The notes below the pieces were generated by a model. It saw only the letters and a list, made by a program, of their open reading frames with translations, was not told where the DNA came from and ran no database searches. A stretch of 49,315 nucleotides of DNA, the filler included, from Jimgerdemannia flammicorona (taxonomy: Eukaryota): NCBI GenBank assembly GCA_003990765.1. It is 2 parts of 2 records of this genome, joined end to end, with 100 filler letters (N's around TTAATTAATTAA, not from the genome) between each part and the next. Parts side by side here need not be neighbours in the genome. Positions count along the whole stretch, not along the records: positions 1 to 24,611 come from RBNJ01000952.1; positions 24,712 to 49,315 come from RBNJ01000953.1. One strand, 5' to 3'. This document shows, piece after piece, positions 12,461 to 24,943 of this stretch. The position numbers and the translations under genes were made by a program. Every line of letters starts with the position of its first letter. Position 1 is the stretch's first letter.

Positions 12461-12929
12461 ATATCACGAGGGAAGTCAGATGGTTAAAGATCCAGAGACA
12501 GGCTGAGGAGATGGGTGATTGGAGGCATCGGTTGCGAAGGTGGCAGGGTAGCGAGGGTTTTTGAGGAAGATGGCATGGGATAGGAGGAGTGGGATTTGTT
12601 GTTCAGAGTATTTGAGAAGAAGAGATAGAGTTATCAGTGTTGAGAAAGATGTCAAAAATGATTGTATGATCTATATAAGTGCTCTGCGTTCTGAATTGTT
12701 CTTGCTCGCAATTTTATACTATTTCTGATTCTTCTTTCTAATGTGCAAAAGAAATTGGCACTATCATCACAAAAGCGCGGAACAAAATATACTCAAGAAT
12801 TTTTATTATATTTTTCTTTAAGTGATCCCCAAATACCATACGCTGACCATTCAAACAGTATATATACGTGAATGCGTTTTCGTCAAAGCCACATTTTTTG
12901 CGGAACTCCCATAAAGCCTTTATATACTG

Positions 12930-13100
12930 AAGCAAGGTCTCCTCAAGCCATTCGACCAGTAGCGCAATATTCTTTACAAAGTTGGGGAGGACATAACTAT
13001 TGAGAAACGGCGAAAACTTGATTTTGCTTGCTTCCTTGAGATCTGTTATATGTTTGATTCCACCAAAGGAATTTCCTATTCGAATTTGTGATTTTGAACC
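12930..13100 (-). pseudogene. Crinkler-like N-terminal domain remnant, cassette copy 3
   Basis: IKHITDLKEASKIKFSPFLNSYVLP within ORF 12738-13253; homologous to copies 1 and 2. Confidence 0.5.
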
Positions 13101-15314
13101 TAGCGACCATGGTGCTGGTCTTTTTGTCTTGACTTTAGGAAAATTGAAAGACCATTTGTTATATTTGTTATTGAGAACAATGTCAAAATAAGACATGAAG
13201 CGGGAGCTGTGAAACGTCAATGGCAGATAAAGGATAATGTCACAAATGAGCAAAAAATAAAAATAAAAATAAATGGGAGGGGGAAATGTTGAAATAGTTG
13301 AAATACAGAAATCGTCATGACAGCAGTGGTATCAAAACGTGTGACAAAGACGAACTAACGGGAAACCGTGCGATAAGCCCTGATCCGGTTCCGGTCTCGG
13401 GCCACAGACCAAAGACACCGCCCAATTCGTCTTCAAGTTCAAATTGGCATACCGAATATGCTTCGTCTATGACCAAATTGGCTGTCCTATCTACCACAGT
13501 ATTGCATACCTACATAGTTTGAACTATGCCCGGATCTGGCCACTGCCCAATGGAGACATCCGAAACTTGGGCCAAATTCACACATTCCCGTCGCCCATGC
13601 TCTACAAATCAACCTGGCGCCAAGACCTGAATCAAACTGACGACTGAACTTCTACCAGTGGGCCCGACTCCAAAATCCAAAGGAATCAGACTCACTCGCT
13701 CCTCCAGTCAACCGTATATGTATCATTCAAGTCAACAGCCGCTCACGAATACACCACAAGTGTGACCTCTTCGTGTATTCCATCCTGCATTGAGCCCTGT
13801 TTGGAGCTCGTCTACAATTACGAAAATATTTCGGATATGTATCTGCTCTGACCCCACCAGGGCAACAACAGTCTATAGCCATAGCTCATTATAGATAGTC
13901 CATTATGCATGAATCAGATATACTCACCAGTATCAGCAACAATGTTCAGTCTCAGTTACCATTGATAATAATCCATTAATTACCAAAGTATAAACAGATA
14001 TATATATATATAATATCATTTTTATCAATTTTTATATCAATAATCTAAATTGTACAACATTTTCAAATCCTCTCATTTATACTCTAAAGATTGTTAATAA
14101 TTATATATATATTGGATTATTTTAGATTTAAATTTGAATTTTTTTTTTTTTTTTGTATATAGGTTCACAAACACACTTGCAAATTGTTCCTACAACGGAT
14201 CTGTGGTAATAAGCTGGCCGAAGGTGGTACATTGGTGGTAGTGCGATTGCTGCCTGTAACCGCAATATCTGGGAGACTATTTCGATTACAAATTGCCTGG
14301 TTCAAGGGCGCTTAGAACGTAAGTCCATCTGCAAAAACAAAAAACAAAAAACAAAAAACAAAAAAAATATATTCTTGTATAACCAAGTATTACAAATTAC
14401 AGTCAAATCGTTTCGAAATGTTCGCATCGCCATCTGCATGAGATATTGCATATTTTAATTTGTCGGACGATCTATTTTTATCCCTTTTTATTCTACTCTC
14501 CCCTTAAAACCTAGCAATTCTTCCACATATGCTACTGCTCTCCATGAATGTATGACCCGCAAACCCTTCCGCAATACGCGAATAATATATATTTGACCCT
14601 TTTTTGTGTATGTATAAATGTAGGGAGGGGGGGGGGGTGGTACGAAAACGAGTACTACTGTACATGAATGCTTGGAAAGTGTATGTGTGTAGAGGGCAAT
14701 GACGATATATTTTGGATAGTAGAAAAATTACTTTAAGCGATTAATGATTAACTGAAATGTCAAACTACGCTACGCCTAGCGCAAGAAAAAGACCCCCGTG
14801 GAAATTCAAATTCAAATGAATATGTATTTGGGTGAAACACACGGCCCTTTTTGTACATTTGTAGGGAGGGAGGGTGGTAGATAAAATCGAGTGTGAATGG
14901 GCATGAAGGTGTGAATGGACATAAATGCTCGAAGAGAGTAGAGCATAGTGATAATACATGAAGTGCGAATTAAAACGAAAACATGAACGCTTTATACGCC
15001 CAAAACATTCCTACATTCATCGACATGTGGTCTCGAGCGAGTCCACTCATGGAATAATTACAAGCGCCCAACACCCAAGCAAGACAATAGCGCCATACAC
15101 TGGCACCCAAGGCATTTCTGCGTGCATTGACTTGTGATCTCAAACGAGCCCATTCTTTATACTATAGTAGGATATTCTTATTTTATAGTACTCTAATTTT
15201 ATTATTCTTTACAAGAAGCTTATCAACGAATAATCAAAGCAGACCGGTGATGTCACCTTTCTGTTGACGACACCAAAGAATAAGAATTGGCACTTCTTCC
15301 CTTTCCAACCCAAC

Positions 15315-17182
15315 ATGGTTGCCGCAAAGGAAAAGAAGAAACCGAAACAGGCTGCCTCTGCGGCTGGCTCCTCCAAAGTTGCCGGGTCCCCCAAGCCCAC
15401 ACAGCAGGGCGTCAAGCCCAAGTTGTCACTCACCACCGATGTGGCCCCCATGGCACCAGCTGAGGCCAAGCTGCTTAAGAAGGGACGCATGCCGAAGGGG
15501 CGCAGCGGAGCCGAGAGCGGGTCTGACAATAATGAGCCGAAGGTCAACTGCGAGGATAGCTTCGTCCTGCGCCTGCCTTCCGTGGGAATGTGCGATCACC
15601 TGAGGGACGTGGTGAGGAAGAGGGAGGTGGAGGGAGTGGGGATCACTCTTCAAGGTTGGTGTTGGGTTTAAATGCACGTAATAATCCTGGCATGAACGCG
15701 TTGTTCTTGTCTCTTATTCATATTGTGATTATTTGGCTAACTATACTTTCTTGTTTGCTACCGCTCACAAACGGATCACCCAGACAATAGGCGCGGTTAC
15801 TTCACCTTTGGAGGCCAATACTATGACACCAAACTCATGGATCTGCCGGCCATCATCAAGGCGCAGAAGATGCTGGATCACCAGCAACATTACAAGGTCG
15901 CTGACATATCGCAGGCATGTCCTCGGAAATAGGCCCCTCTTCCATTCACATCATGCCAAAGGAAAAGGAGTATTTGATACAGGAAAGGGAGTCTCATAAT
16001 CTAATCTCTCCCAATTCGCGCAGATGCTTGTTGTCGAAGGCCTCGCACTCGATGATGGGTCGTCAAACAGCAACGGTTATGGAAACGCGCACATAATCAA
16101 TCCCGACTACTACCAGTGGCCGGACGGCCTTACCCCGCCCCTGAAGCATGTGCAGAAGCGTAGGTTCCGGAAGAGGTTGTCGAAGGGGGTGAGTTATATC
16201 GGCGGCGTACGCTTGTGTTGTGGTCGTTTGTCTGTTCGGCCACTGACCGGGGAGCAAAACACGGCAGGGAGAATGGATCTGCGTCTTTGTTCTGAGGTTT
16301 TCTAACCTGACTGTTAGTTGGTGATTTTACCATATACACAATTGAGGTGGTTGGGGAGGAAGTGGAATGGTTACTGCAGGATGACTTGCAAGCGGAGCAC
16401 GTCGAATACTTTGTTTTCCCTTTTGGTATTGCACCCCAATTCATCCATCCCGAAACCTTGATCACTCTTTCTCGATGCAACTCTTTACGTCCCCTTCATA
16501 TATCTAGTCGTGAATGACGCGGGCGATGCGGGCGATTCCGAGGACAAGCTCTTTCCCGCTGGCTATGCGTCGCAGAACATGGAGGTGGAGTTGGACAATG
16601 CGGACAACACGGACGACACGGTCGAAAGTGTTGCCGAGAGTCACCAGAAGATGGAAGCGGAGATGGAGAACGCATTTGGTGAGTTGGAGGAGGACAACGA
16701 GGATGATGAAGATGACGACGACAATGAGGACGATGAGGATGATGAGGATGATGAGGATGATGAGGATGATGAGGATGATGAGGATCAGGAGAGCGATGAG
16801 GAGGATGAGAAAGGTGTGTATCTTGTATTTTGCATTTGTCATGTTTGCCTCCTCTTTTAATTTTTGACCTTACGGTTTGGTTGGGCACAGAGGCTGCCGT
16901 TCGCAAGCTGATGGAGGAACAGAAGGTTGTCCAGGACAGCATTGGGGAATTCGAAGCATCTATAGCTCGGTCCGAGACGGAGCTCAAGGAGGCAGTGAAC
17001 CACTTCATGAAGGTAAATGGGCGGTCGACTCCTTTGTTTTGTTTTTTTTTTTTTTTTTCTCCTCTTAACCGGTTTTGCCTATGTCCCTTCTTCACATCCG
17101 TACTGATCATGTACCACAGAAAAAGTTGGATGAAAGGCTCGAAGCACAAAAGGCCGAACTCGAGGGAAAACGGTCCAAATAA
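15315..17182 (+). pseudogene. TAF7: TFIID subunit TAF7 (TAFII55) homologue, multi-exon, probably decaying
   Basis: Exons ~15315-15654, 15784-15914, 16024-16188, 16338-16410, 16509-16813, 16891-17012, 17120-17182. Motifs EDSFVLRLP, KLMDLPAII...YKVADISQML, YQWPDGLTPPLKHVQKRRFRKR, IEVVGEEVEWLL..D..AEHVEY, an acidic tract and a C-terminal coiled coil. Exon 4 lacks canonical AG/GT flanks. Confidence 0.85.
16697..16810 (+). repeat. (GAGGATGAT)n coding microsatellite, Asp/Glu tract of TAF7
   Basis: Directly visible 9-bp periodicity; translates EDDEDDEDD. Confidence 0.9.
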
Positions 17183-19211
17183 GCGGCGCTGCAGGCCAAG
17201 ATCAAGGCCATCAAGGACCTTAAATGGGAGACGAATCTTCGAAATTGGTGGGAGCAGTCGGTTGTTGCTGGAGTCATTTGGGCTTTTGTTCTATGCTTCT
17301 CTCTTCTATATATTTCATTTTATTTTCACTTCATTTTTAATTGGCACATTCTGGCCTGGCCCCATTCTCTGTAAAATACTCTTCCTCAGTTGAACCAATA
17401 CTAAGCACATCATTGTCAGAAATTCGTGATAATATTTTAATGACAGAGATTGTCATCATCTCAATTGACAATGCAGTCAACATATTGCATAGCATTTTGA
17501 AAGGATTGAAATAAACAAACCACATTGCGAAGCAACCAAATTGAATGCGATATGTCACATGAATGCTACTGCAAAACGGATGCCATCTTCAATTAATGAA
17601 AAAAAAAAATAAAAATAAAAAAAAAAATAGAAAGACATCAACATATTTTAATTACCCATCTATCCCGACGTAACCCTCGCCATCCACCGTCGAGCATTAA
17701 AAATATCAATGACTACTGGCTTCGGATTTGATTTAATGAATGATCAATCTATGCGGTGAGGACATCAATGTCTTGACATAAAGTCCATGTCGTGGTTCTC
17801 TTCGTATTTCTCGAAATGGTCATCCTGCTACACATCAATACTAATCAAACAAGCGTCAGAACTCAACGAGATGATCGCAAAGTGCATGGGTGCGAAAGCC
17901 TGCTGGTTGTCCGTGCCTCGATCTGCGCCGCATTAACGACGACCTAGAGACTGCATGTCAAGATGGCGACCGCATGTATGACGACCTGGTTTTACTGGAA
18001 TTATTTCATGGTTGTTTTGCTGTTTCAGGGGTAAGACTGGCTCATGCACGGTTGGCTCTCCATCTGGAGATAGTAGTAATGGGTTGCCTTACCCTTCAAT
18101 ATTTCTGGGACATGGGACGCGCAATCCATACAAACTATCACTCCCGGGCAGTTATAAGGTAGCGCGATTAATACAAATGAATAAAAGACGAATATTTTTA
18201 ATGAATCATCTGCTCTTTTGGGCACCAGAGTTTGCTTGGAGGCGACTTGCCGGCGGTCTCCGCAATTTTGGGTGCCTCCATCTAGGGTACCACAACCTTT
18301 ACCCTGAGCTTCTTCTGGTGCGTTGGTTTCGGCTTCTCCGACAACGGCACAGGGATTGCTCCTTAACCATGTCTCCTTTCGTAAACCCCACCTTTTCCAT
18401 CTTTCAGCTGACAACGCCGCCTTCCTCATTCCACCGTTCTTGCCTGTTCGACTTTTTAATACATCTTCAAACATACTCTCTGCCAGCTACTTTCTCTCAG
18501 CTACTCTGCCTGACCCTCCAACCTTGCTTGCTTTGAAAATAATTTGGCAAAAAAGTCATTTTCCACAAGAACATGTGTTTGCTTATTTTTCTGCACAATA
18601 TCAGCAAACGACTGATGCATCCGTCTGAAGCCTCGGTGCATACTATTTGTTATAGCTGTTCACATGATAGTCAGTCCTGCATCAGAGTAATCATTGTAGC
18701 GCGTGGCATCATGTGTACGTCGAAGGCCATGTTGTGGCGAGGAGGTGCGACATGTATAGGAGATTGGAATTTGATATATGCTGTAGGTAGCATCGGCAAA
18801 TAGGCCAGACGGCCTTCTGGTTGTCGAGGGATTGAAGCATCTCAGTTATGTTGCCTATCACATCAAGACCGTAAGGGTATATTTACAACTCGGGGGATGA
18901 GTATGTTATATTGTGAGAGTGCTTTCAAAGTAACCCTAGACGCAAGATGCTTGTTTGACAAGACAAGGTGGCAGGGTAAACCCTCTGGTGCAGCATGCTT
19001 GGTGTTGAATAGGATGATAGCTGGCTCTACGTGGTTGCCAGGAAACATTAGATAGTGTGATCGTTCTATTCTGCCGAAGCAGAGCTTGCCGTAAAAGAAT
19101 ACGCTGATCGCGCGAGACGCTTGTCTACTGTTATAGCAAAGCCATCTTTCTGGATTGTTGCCACCGAGGAGCGTGTTCTGACTCCGCGAGATGGCCGTTG
19201 GTTGTTTTCAT

Positions 19212-22200
19212 CACGAAATTAAATCCATGATCTGTATCTGGGTATTCTGTTCCTGCTGTATCTGGCTGTATTCATATCTGCATGTTCTGTTCCTACTATA
19301 TCTGGCATCTGGCAACTGTAAATTTGTATCTGGCATCTAATTAGCATCATGAAATTGATATATAATCTCCCATACATCTCTATCTCCAATGTCTCCATAT
19401 CCAGATATGGCTTCAACTTGTATAAATATACACAGTAGCTATAGTGAATAAATCTTGGTTCAAACCACAGTTAGCAAAAGTTCTCAAGATGAAGCATTTC
19501 TGATATAAGGCTTTATAATCTGAGCAGTTCAATAATTCTTTCAACTCAGTTATTAAATCCTAATCATCATGTCAGAAAGCAAGAGTTTGAAAGCTCAAAA
19601 AGTAAAATTCAAAAGTCCAGATAAATTCAAGAAAATACAACTTCCATGATATACTTCAGGAGAAACATCTGCTCTGCAATACTTCAAGGTATAGTTTGCT
19701 CAATAGTCACTTTTCAATAGTGAAATAATTTAAGGAATGCATCCAGAGATCTGCTCAGACAAAATCTAATCAACTCCAACTCCTAGTTAGCAAGTATTAA
19801 ATTATTCAATCATTAAAATAAAAGTCAACCAATATGATAATTGAAATCACTGAATTGAGTTACTGATCCACAGTATCAGATTGCTGAGTCACACAAGCAA
19901 CTACTTTAATAATTAACTGAGTTCTCAAATTAAATTTATAACTACCACCAAGATCAATACAATAAATCTACCACTGGCACTCACTAGAATTATCTATTAA
20001 ATATTAATAGCAAATCATTGATCATGACTATTGTATATTACAATATTATGATACATTATACAGAGAAAATTAAACTTGAAATATATATCTGTCACTCTAT
20101 CACTATAGCAATTAAGAAGATATTTCTCAAAGCTAAAGATATCTTTTTTTTCTTTTAGAGTATTGCTTGTAGTAGAAGAACTATCAAAGTATAGAATCAA
20201 ATAAATATTATAATTATTCTTATAAAACTATATTTTCTGCAATAAAGCTAATTTTGTACAAATATTAAAGACTTGATTTAAAGACTATAAAATGTTACAA
20301 ATATATTTATGTCACTGTAGATATTTAGCAAATATCTATCAAAACTGTAATAATCTCTCTTTTTAGTAAAAACATCTCTTGTACTCTGTAAAGTTTCAAA
20401 AAGTAGAATAAGATAAACTTGATACATAATAGTACTAACTTTAATTACTTTATAGCTGTTTATATATTCTAGAATATATATGTCAGTCTCTTCATCTTGC
20501 ACTTGAAGTATTTGGAAGTATTGAATATAGGTAAGATAATGAGTGTTTTCATCACTATTAGTAAATTCAAACAGCAATTAAAGTAGACCAAAGCTGAAAT
20601 CAGAGATCTTAGGCTTTCTCTCACTGTACTTAATCCAAGAATTGAATAATGCTACCCAATTATAATATGGTTGATTATAGAAAGATGAGTTGCATCAGTA
20701 AATATATTTGATGATTTCTTTATTCCAAGGATCAATAGAATGTAGAGTGAGGATTTTGTATAAAATAACTTAAATAGATATAATATAATATAATATTTTA
20801 ATATTTATTTTTAAACAACAGATGTTTTAAAATTATAAGTATCTGAGAGTTATTGAGCTCTGGAATATTTTGCATTTTTATCTGATATCTGCTTCCTTCT
20901 TCTAGATATAACTGATTATAAAGAAAACTTGAAGATTAATCTCCAGATAATTTAAATTAAATTTCTGACTTATAGTAGATATTTCTATTAAACAATATAG
21001 AATTCTAGATCTTAAGAAATATTAATATTGATTTTGATTTATATATAACAGAGATATCAACTTCTGTCTGTATGTTTACAAATTTTAGAAAATTGTACTT
21101 AATATAAATTACTGATCAATGGTGAATATATTTTAGCATCTGAGATTCTGAATCATACTTGTTGATTGCCTTATAGAGTAGGTATATCTGTAATATATTG
21201 ATATTTAGTAGATTCTGTATCAAAGTTGCCAGAAGTTTCAAAATTCTTATATATTCTCTATATAATACTATATTGTATATATCTTCAGAATATTTACAGA
21301 CCAACTATCAATGATCTGAAATCCATTCTTAAGCTCATCAAATTTAGCTAAAAGTCTATCAGTATCTACCAGAGATCTCTCTTCTTGAATTGGTAATAAG
21401 ATCAATATAAAATAGTTTACAGAAGTACAAATAGCTCCAATGGCTTTTAAGATATTCTTATTATCAAAGAATTCTCAGAAATATAGTAGAAAGATCTGAA
21501 TTAGTTATAGAAAATATAATATTAATATAAATATACAGAGTCTATAATTATTGAAAATAAAATAAAATAAAATAAAATAATTTACCTTTATAATTTGAGC
21601 ATATTTACTTACAGTTATATTTTATATATTACAAATATCCTTTGGAAAGATCTTGAGACCTGTAAATCAAGAAACTAGTGTAATTTATCTATCTAGTTTA
21701 TCCAGATATCTGTTTGCCTCTCAGAAAGTATAAATATGATGAACCAGATCTTCAAACTATTATATTAGATATATCTAAATACCCTTTTTAAGCTGATGTA
21801 ATAAGTCAGATATAATTATCAAATAGATATTGCTCCTTGGGATATTCCAGAGTAAATTCTAAATAAATAAATAAATTAATCAGTATTTATCATAATAATC
21901 GATATTTAAAAAGATTTTTTAAATAATTTATAAATATACCTTTTGATATATTAAGCTATATTTTTGACAAAAAACATCTCTAGATATATTATCTTCTTGT
22001 AATTATATTACATATTGATAAATATTTAATATTTAATTTACTGTTTAGTCTTTATATTTTGTCTATAGATTATTAAATTATTGTTTTATTACTAGGATAA
22101 GTATAGCTTTAATATATAAGAGTCAGTTTGCAGAATTCTAGATAATCTATCTGAAAGACCATGAGAACTAGAAAACATCAGTGAATTTTACCATCAGGGC

Positions 22201-24611
22201 TTTTTTTATAAATATCCTCTGAAATTATAATTAAGAGAACATTTTTAATATTATAATTTAGATAAATAATTATATTAGTAATAATTAAGTTAATGTTACC
22301 TTTTTGATATATCATCCAGACATTTAAATATTTTCTTCATATACTTATGATATAAGAACTTCTTGGCCTATATAAAGTATTCAATATATCCTTTTCTTTC
22401 AGTAGACTTGAGAGATGAAAAATATTCAACAAGAATATAGCCAGACTGTTGATAATTTTGACATAGCTTTCTAGGAAGATTTCCAATATTGAGATATAAT
22501 GGATAGCATTTTGTTCTTTCTAGAATATTGATATTTATCTCATTAATGCCAAAAAGAAGAGAAATAAGTATTGCTCTCTCTGATAATATGTATATTCTAT
22601 AAATATTTTAAATTATTAAAGATTGTAAAAATTATAAAAATAATATAAAAAAAGTTTGAGATTAGATATTAGAGATATGAAAGTAAGATGTCAAATATGA
22701 TATGAGCACAATCTATTATACAGTAAGATTGATGATTAAAATTTTTTTCACACTTGCTCACTCATTTGGCTCACTTATTATTTCAGACTTACTATTTCAG
22801 CTGGCTGAGTTTTGGAAGAAAAATAAAAAAATAAAGAAAAAAGCAAATTATTATTAAAGATATATATATCTGAGTTTTCCACCATCAGTCACTATAGTGT
22901 ATTTCAGAATATATCTGTCTTTCAGAATGTGAATACTGCTTCTCAGTAGTATAAATTATCTTATTTTTGAAAAGAGGATTGTAGAACAAACTTTGAATAA
23001 TCTCAATAGAATTTCGAAACCAGAGATGATATTCTCCACTCCATGATTTATTTTTTTCTGATCTATCAAGCAGAATAGATATTTGTCAGAATTTCTAAAA
23101 TATATATATATATATATATATATAGAAATTAGTTAAATCAAATAAAAACTATTGAAGTTAGAGCTCTATAAACTCAATCTTATTAATTCAAAAATCAATC
23201 TACATACTTACTGGAATATAGGATATTTTATTTATCATATCTATCAAGTGCCAAGTCTTCAAATTAGTTACTCTAACATTTTGAATATTCAACTATCTAC
23301 TTCTGATAGCTTCTAGAAATTTATCTACAGCTCTAATAAATATTCTTACCTTAAAGAAGATGAAGTTTGTCAACAACAGTTCATTGTCACTAGTCCAGGA
23401 ATAGTATGGATTATGATACTATTAATAATATTTCATTTGCATATCAAATATGTATAAGCCATGATCTGTGTTTTAATAGATATGATCTTTATGATAATCT
23501 GAGAGAATATTACTAAATTTCAATATAGATAAAAGTGGCATGATGTTCTCTAAAAACTCTAAAGTATTGTCTCCAAGATTATCACATTTTACTTCATAAC
23601 TATTATCTTTATTACTACTGTTACTTACTTCATAACTATCTTTATCTTCATTGCTACTGTCACTTACTATCTCTTAGTTGAAATCCTGATAGTCATTATT
23701 ACTCTCAGTTGATATATTAGATATAGTTTGACCAAGACTAACTGGCTTACTACTTGAGAAGATATTAATATTTGAAGATATGCTGTTTGTCATATCAGTC
23801 TGTATATTGTCTTGATCTACAGTTGCTGAAGAGGCTCTAGTAGATTCAGTATCATATGTATATATAGTATTGAAGTACTGGGTCAACTCTCCATGACTTA
23901 CATACTTAGAATATTTCAAAGAATCTTTAAAAGTAGATTTTTTAGTGTATATCATATTAAGATAGAAAAGCAGTGAGAAATACAGAGCTGTTAGATGATG
24001 AGTAATAATGAATATAAGCTACTGGACAATGGGAAATAAATCTGAGCTGCTGAACTGAGCTACTAGTTGATGGGTAATGATGAATCTGAGCTATTAGATA
24101 ATAGATGATAATGAAACTGAGCTGCTAGATGATAGGAAATAATAATTACAAGCTACTAAATAATGGATAATAAATCTGAGCTACTGGACAATGGGTGATG
24201 CTAAATCTGAGTTACTGAATAATACTGGGTGGTAGGTGTGATTGAGCATCAGATAATTTTTCAGAAATTTGAATATTATAACTCACTCACTTTCCCCCTT
24301 AATTCTACAAAAAACTCACATTTGGATTGAATAATGAGCAATAGTAAATCTGAGCTTTTAGATAATGAGTGATGAGAGATAGAGAAGAAAATTGCAGAGA
24401 GAGATCTTAAGAGATGGAGGAGAAATTCACAGAGTAGAAAAGAGTAGTAGATAGAGTCAGTCAGAGAGAGGGTAATATTAGAAGTAAAGAAATATATATA
24501 GAAAGAGTGGGTAAAGAGAAGAAGAAACTTTACTAATAGAGATAAGAATAGATAAGAGATTAAGAAGAATATATATAAGTTTGTACTTGTGAAATATGTG
24601 AGTTTTTTTTT
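19212..24611 (-). mobile_element. Degenerate Plavaka-type DNA transposon with an intron-interrupted transposase pseudogene
   Basis: Minus-strand motifs KCYPLYLNIGNLPRK (~22510-22468), GKIH*CFLVLMVFQIDYLEFCKLT (~22193-22120), ISDLLHQLKKG (21813-21781) and FTGLKIFPK (~21667-21641) match my recollection of Plavaka transposase blocks (PVYLTIGNI, DYPEQ, DLLHQLxKG, FxGLRxF). The CpG-free block starts near CACG at 19212 with short subterminal repeats and runs off the contig end. Confidence 0.75.
23984..24225. repeat. Degenerate ~30-bp tandem repeat (GAGCT(A/G)CTGGACAATGGG...AATCT) inside the Plavaka relic
   Basis: About 8 visible units differing mainly by transitions. Confidence 0.7.
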
Positions 24612-24711
24612 NNNNNNNNNNNNNNNNNNNNNNNNNNNNNNNNNNNNNNNNNNNNTTAATTAATTAANNNNNNNNNNNNNNNNNNNNNNNNNNNNNNNNN
24701 NNNNNNNNNNN
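24612..24711. other. Artificial contig linker (44 N + TTAATTAATTAA + 44 N)
   Basis: Exactly 100 bp and symmetric, with stops in all six frames; flanking contigs are 24611 and 24604 bp. Confidence 0.97.
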
Positions 24712-24716
24712 AAAAA

Positions 24717-24748
<32 letters not shown>

Positions 24749-24750
<2 letters not shown>

Positions 24751-24943
24751 TGAATTCTTGATATCAAAATTCAACATCTGTTAAATATTGATATTTGTGA
24801 AATTCTAACATTTGTTAAAGTTTTTATATTTGTGAAATAACTACTATTTATAAGACTATACTATATTTGAGAATTAGATTTAAGTACTATAATCAAATAT
24901 CTATTTTTCTAATTTATATTCCTAATTCAGATCAACTGTCACA
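24749..24943 (-). repeat. 3' LTR (partial; cut by an A-tract and the contig end)
   Basis: Direct repeat of ~31950-32160; begins TGTGACAGTTGATC on minus. Confidence 0.85.

Noticed and set aside
16496..17149. His/Pro, Ile/Leu and Met/Arg repeat ORFs in alternative frames
   Set aside because: Shadow frames of the TAF7 GAGGATGAT acidic repeat.
17640..19150. Possible degraded minus-strand gene
   Set aside because: Coding-like patches, but no consistent frame or recognisable motif; not supportable without a homology search.
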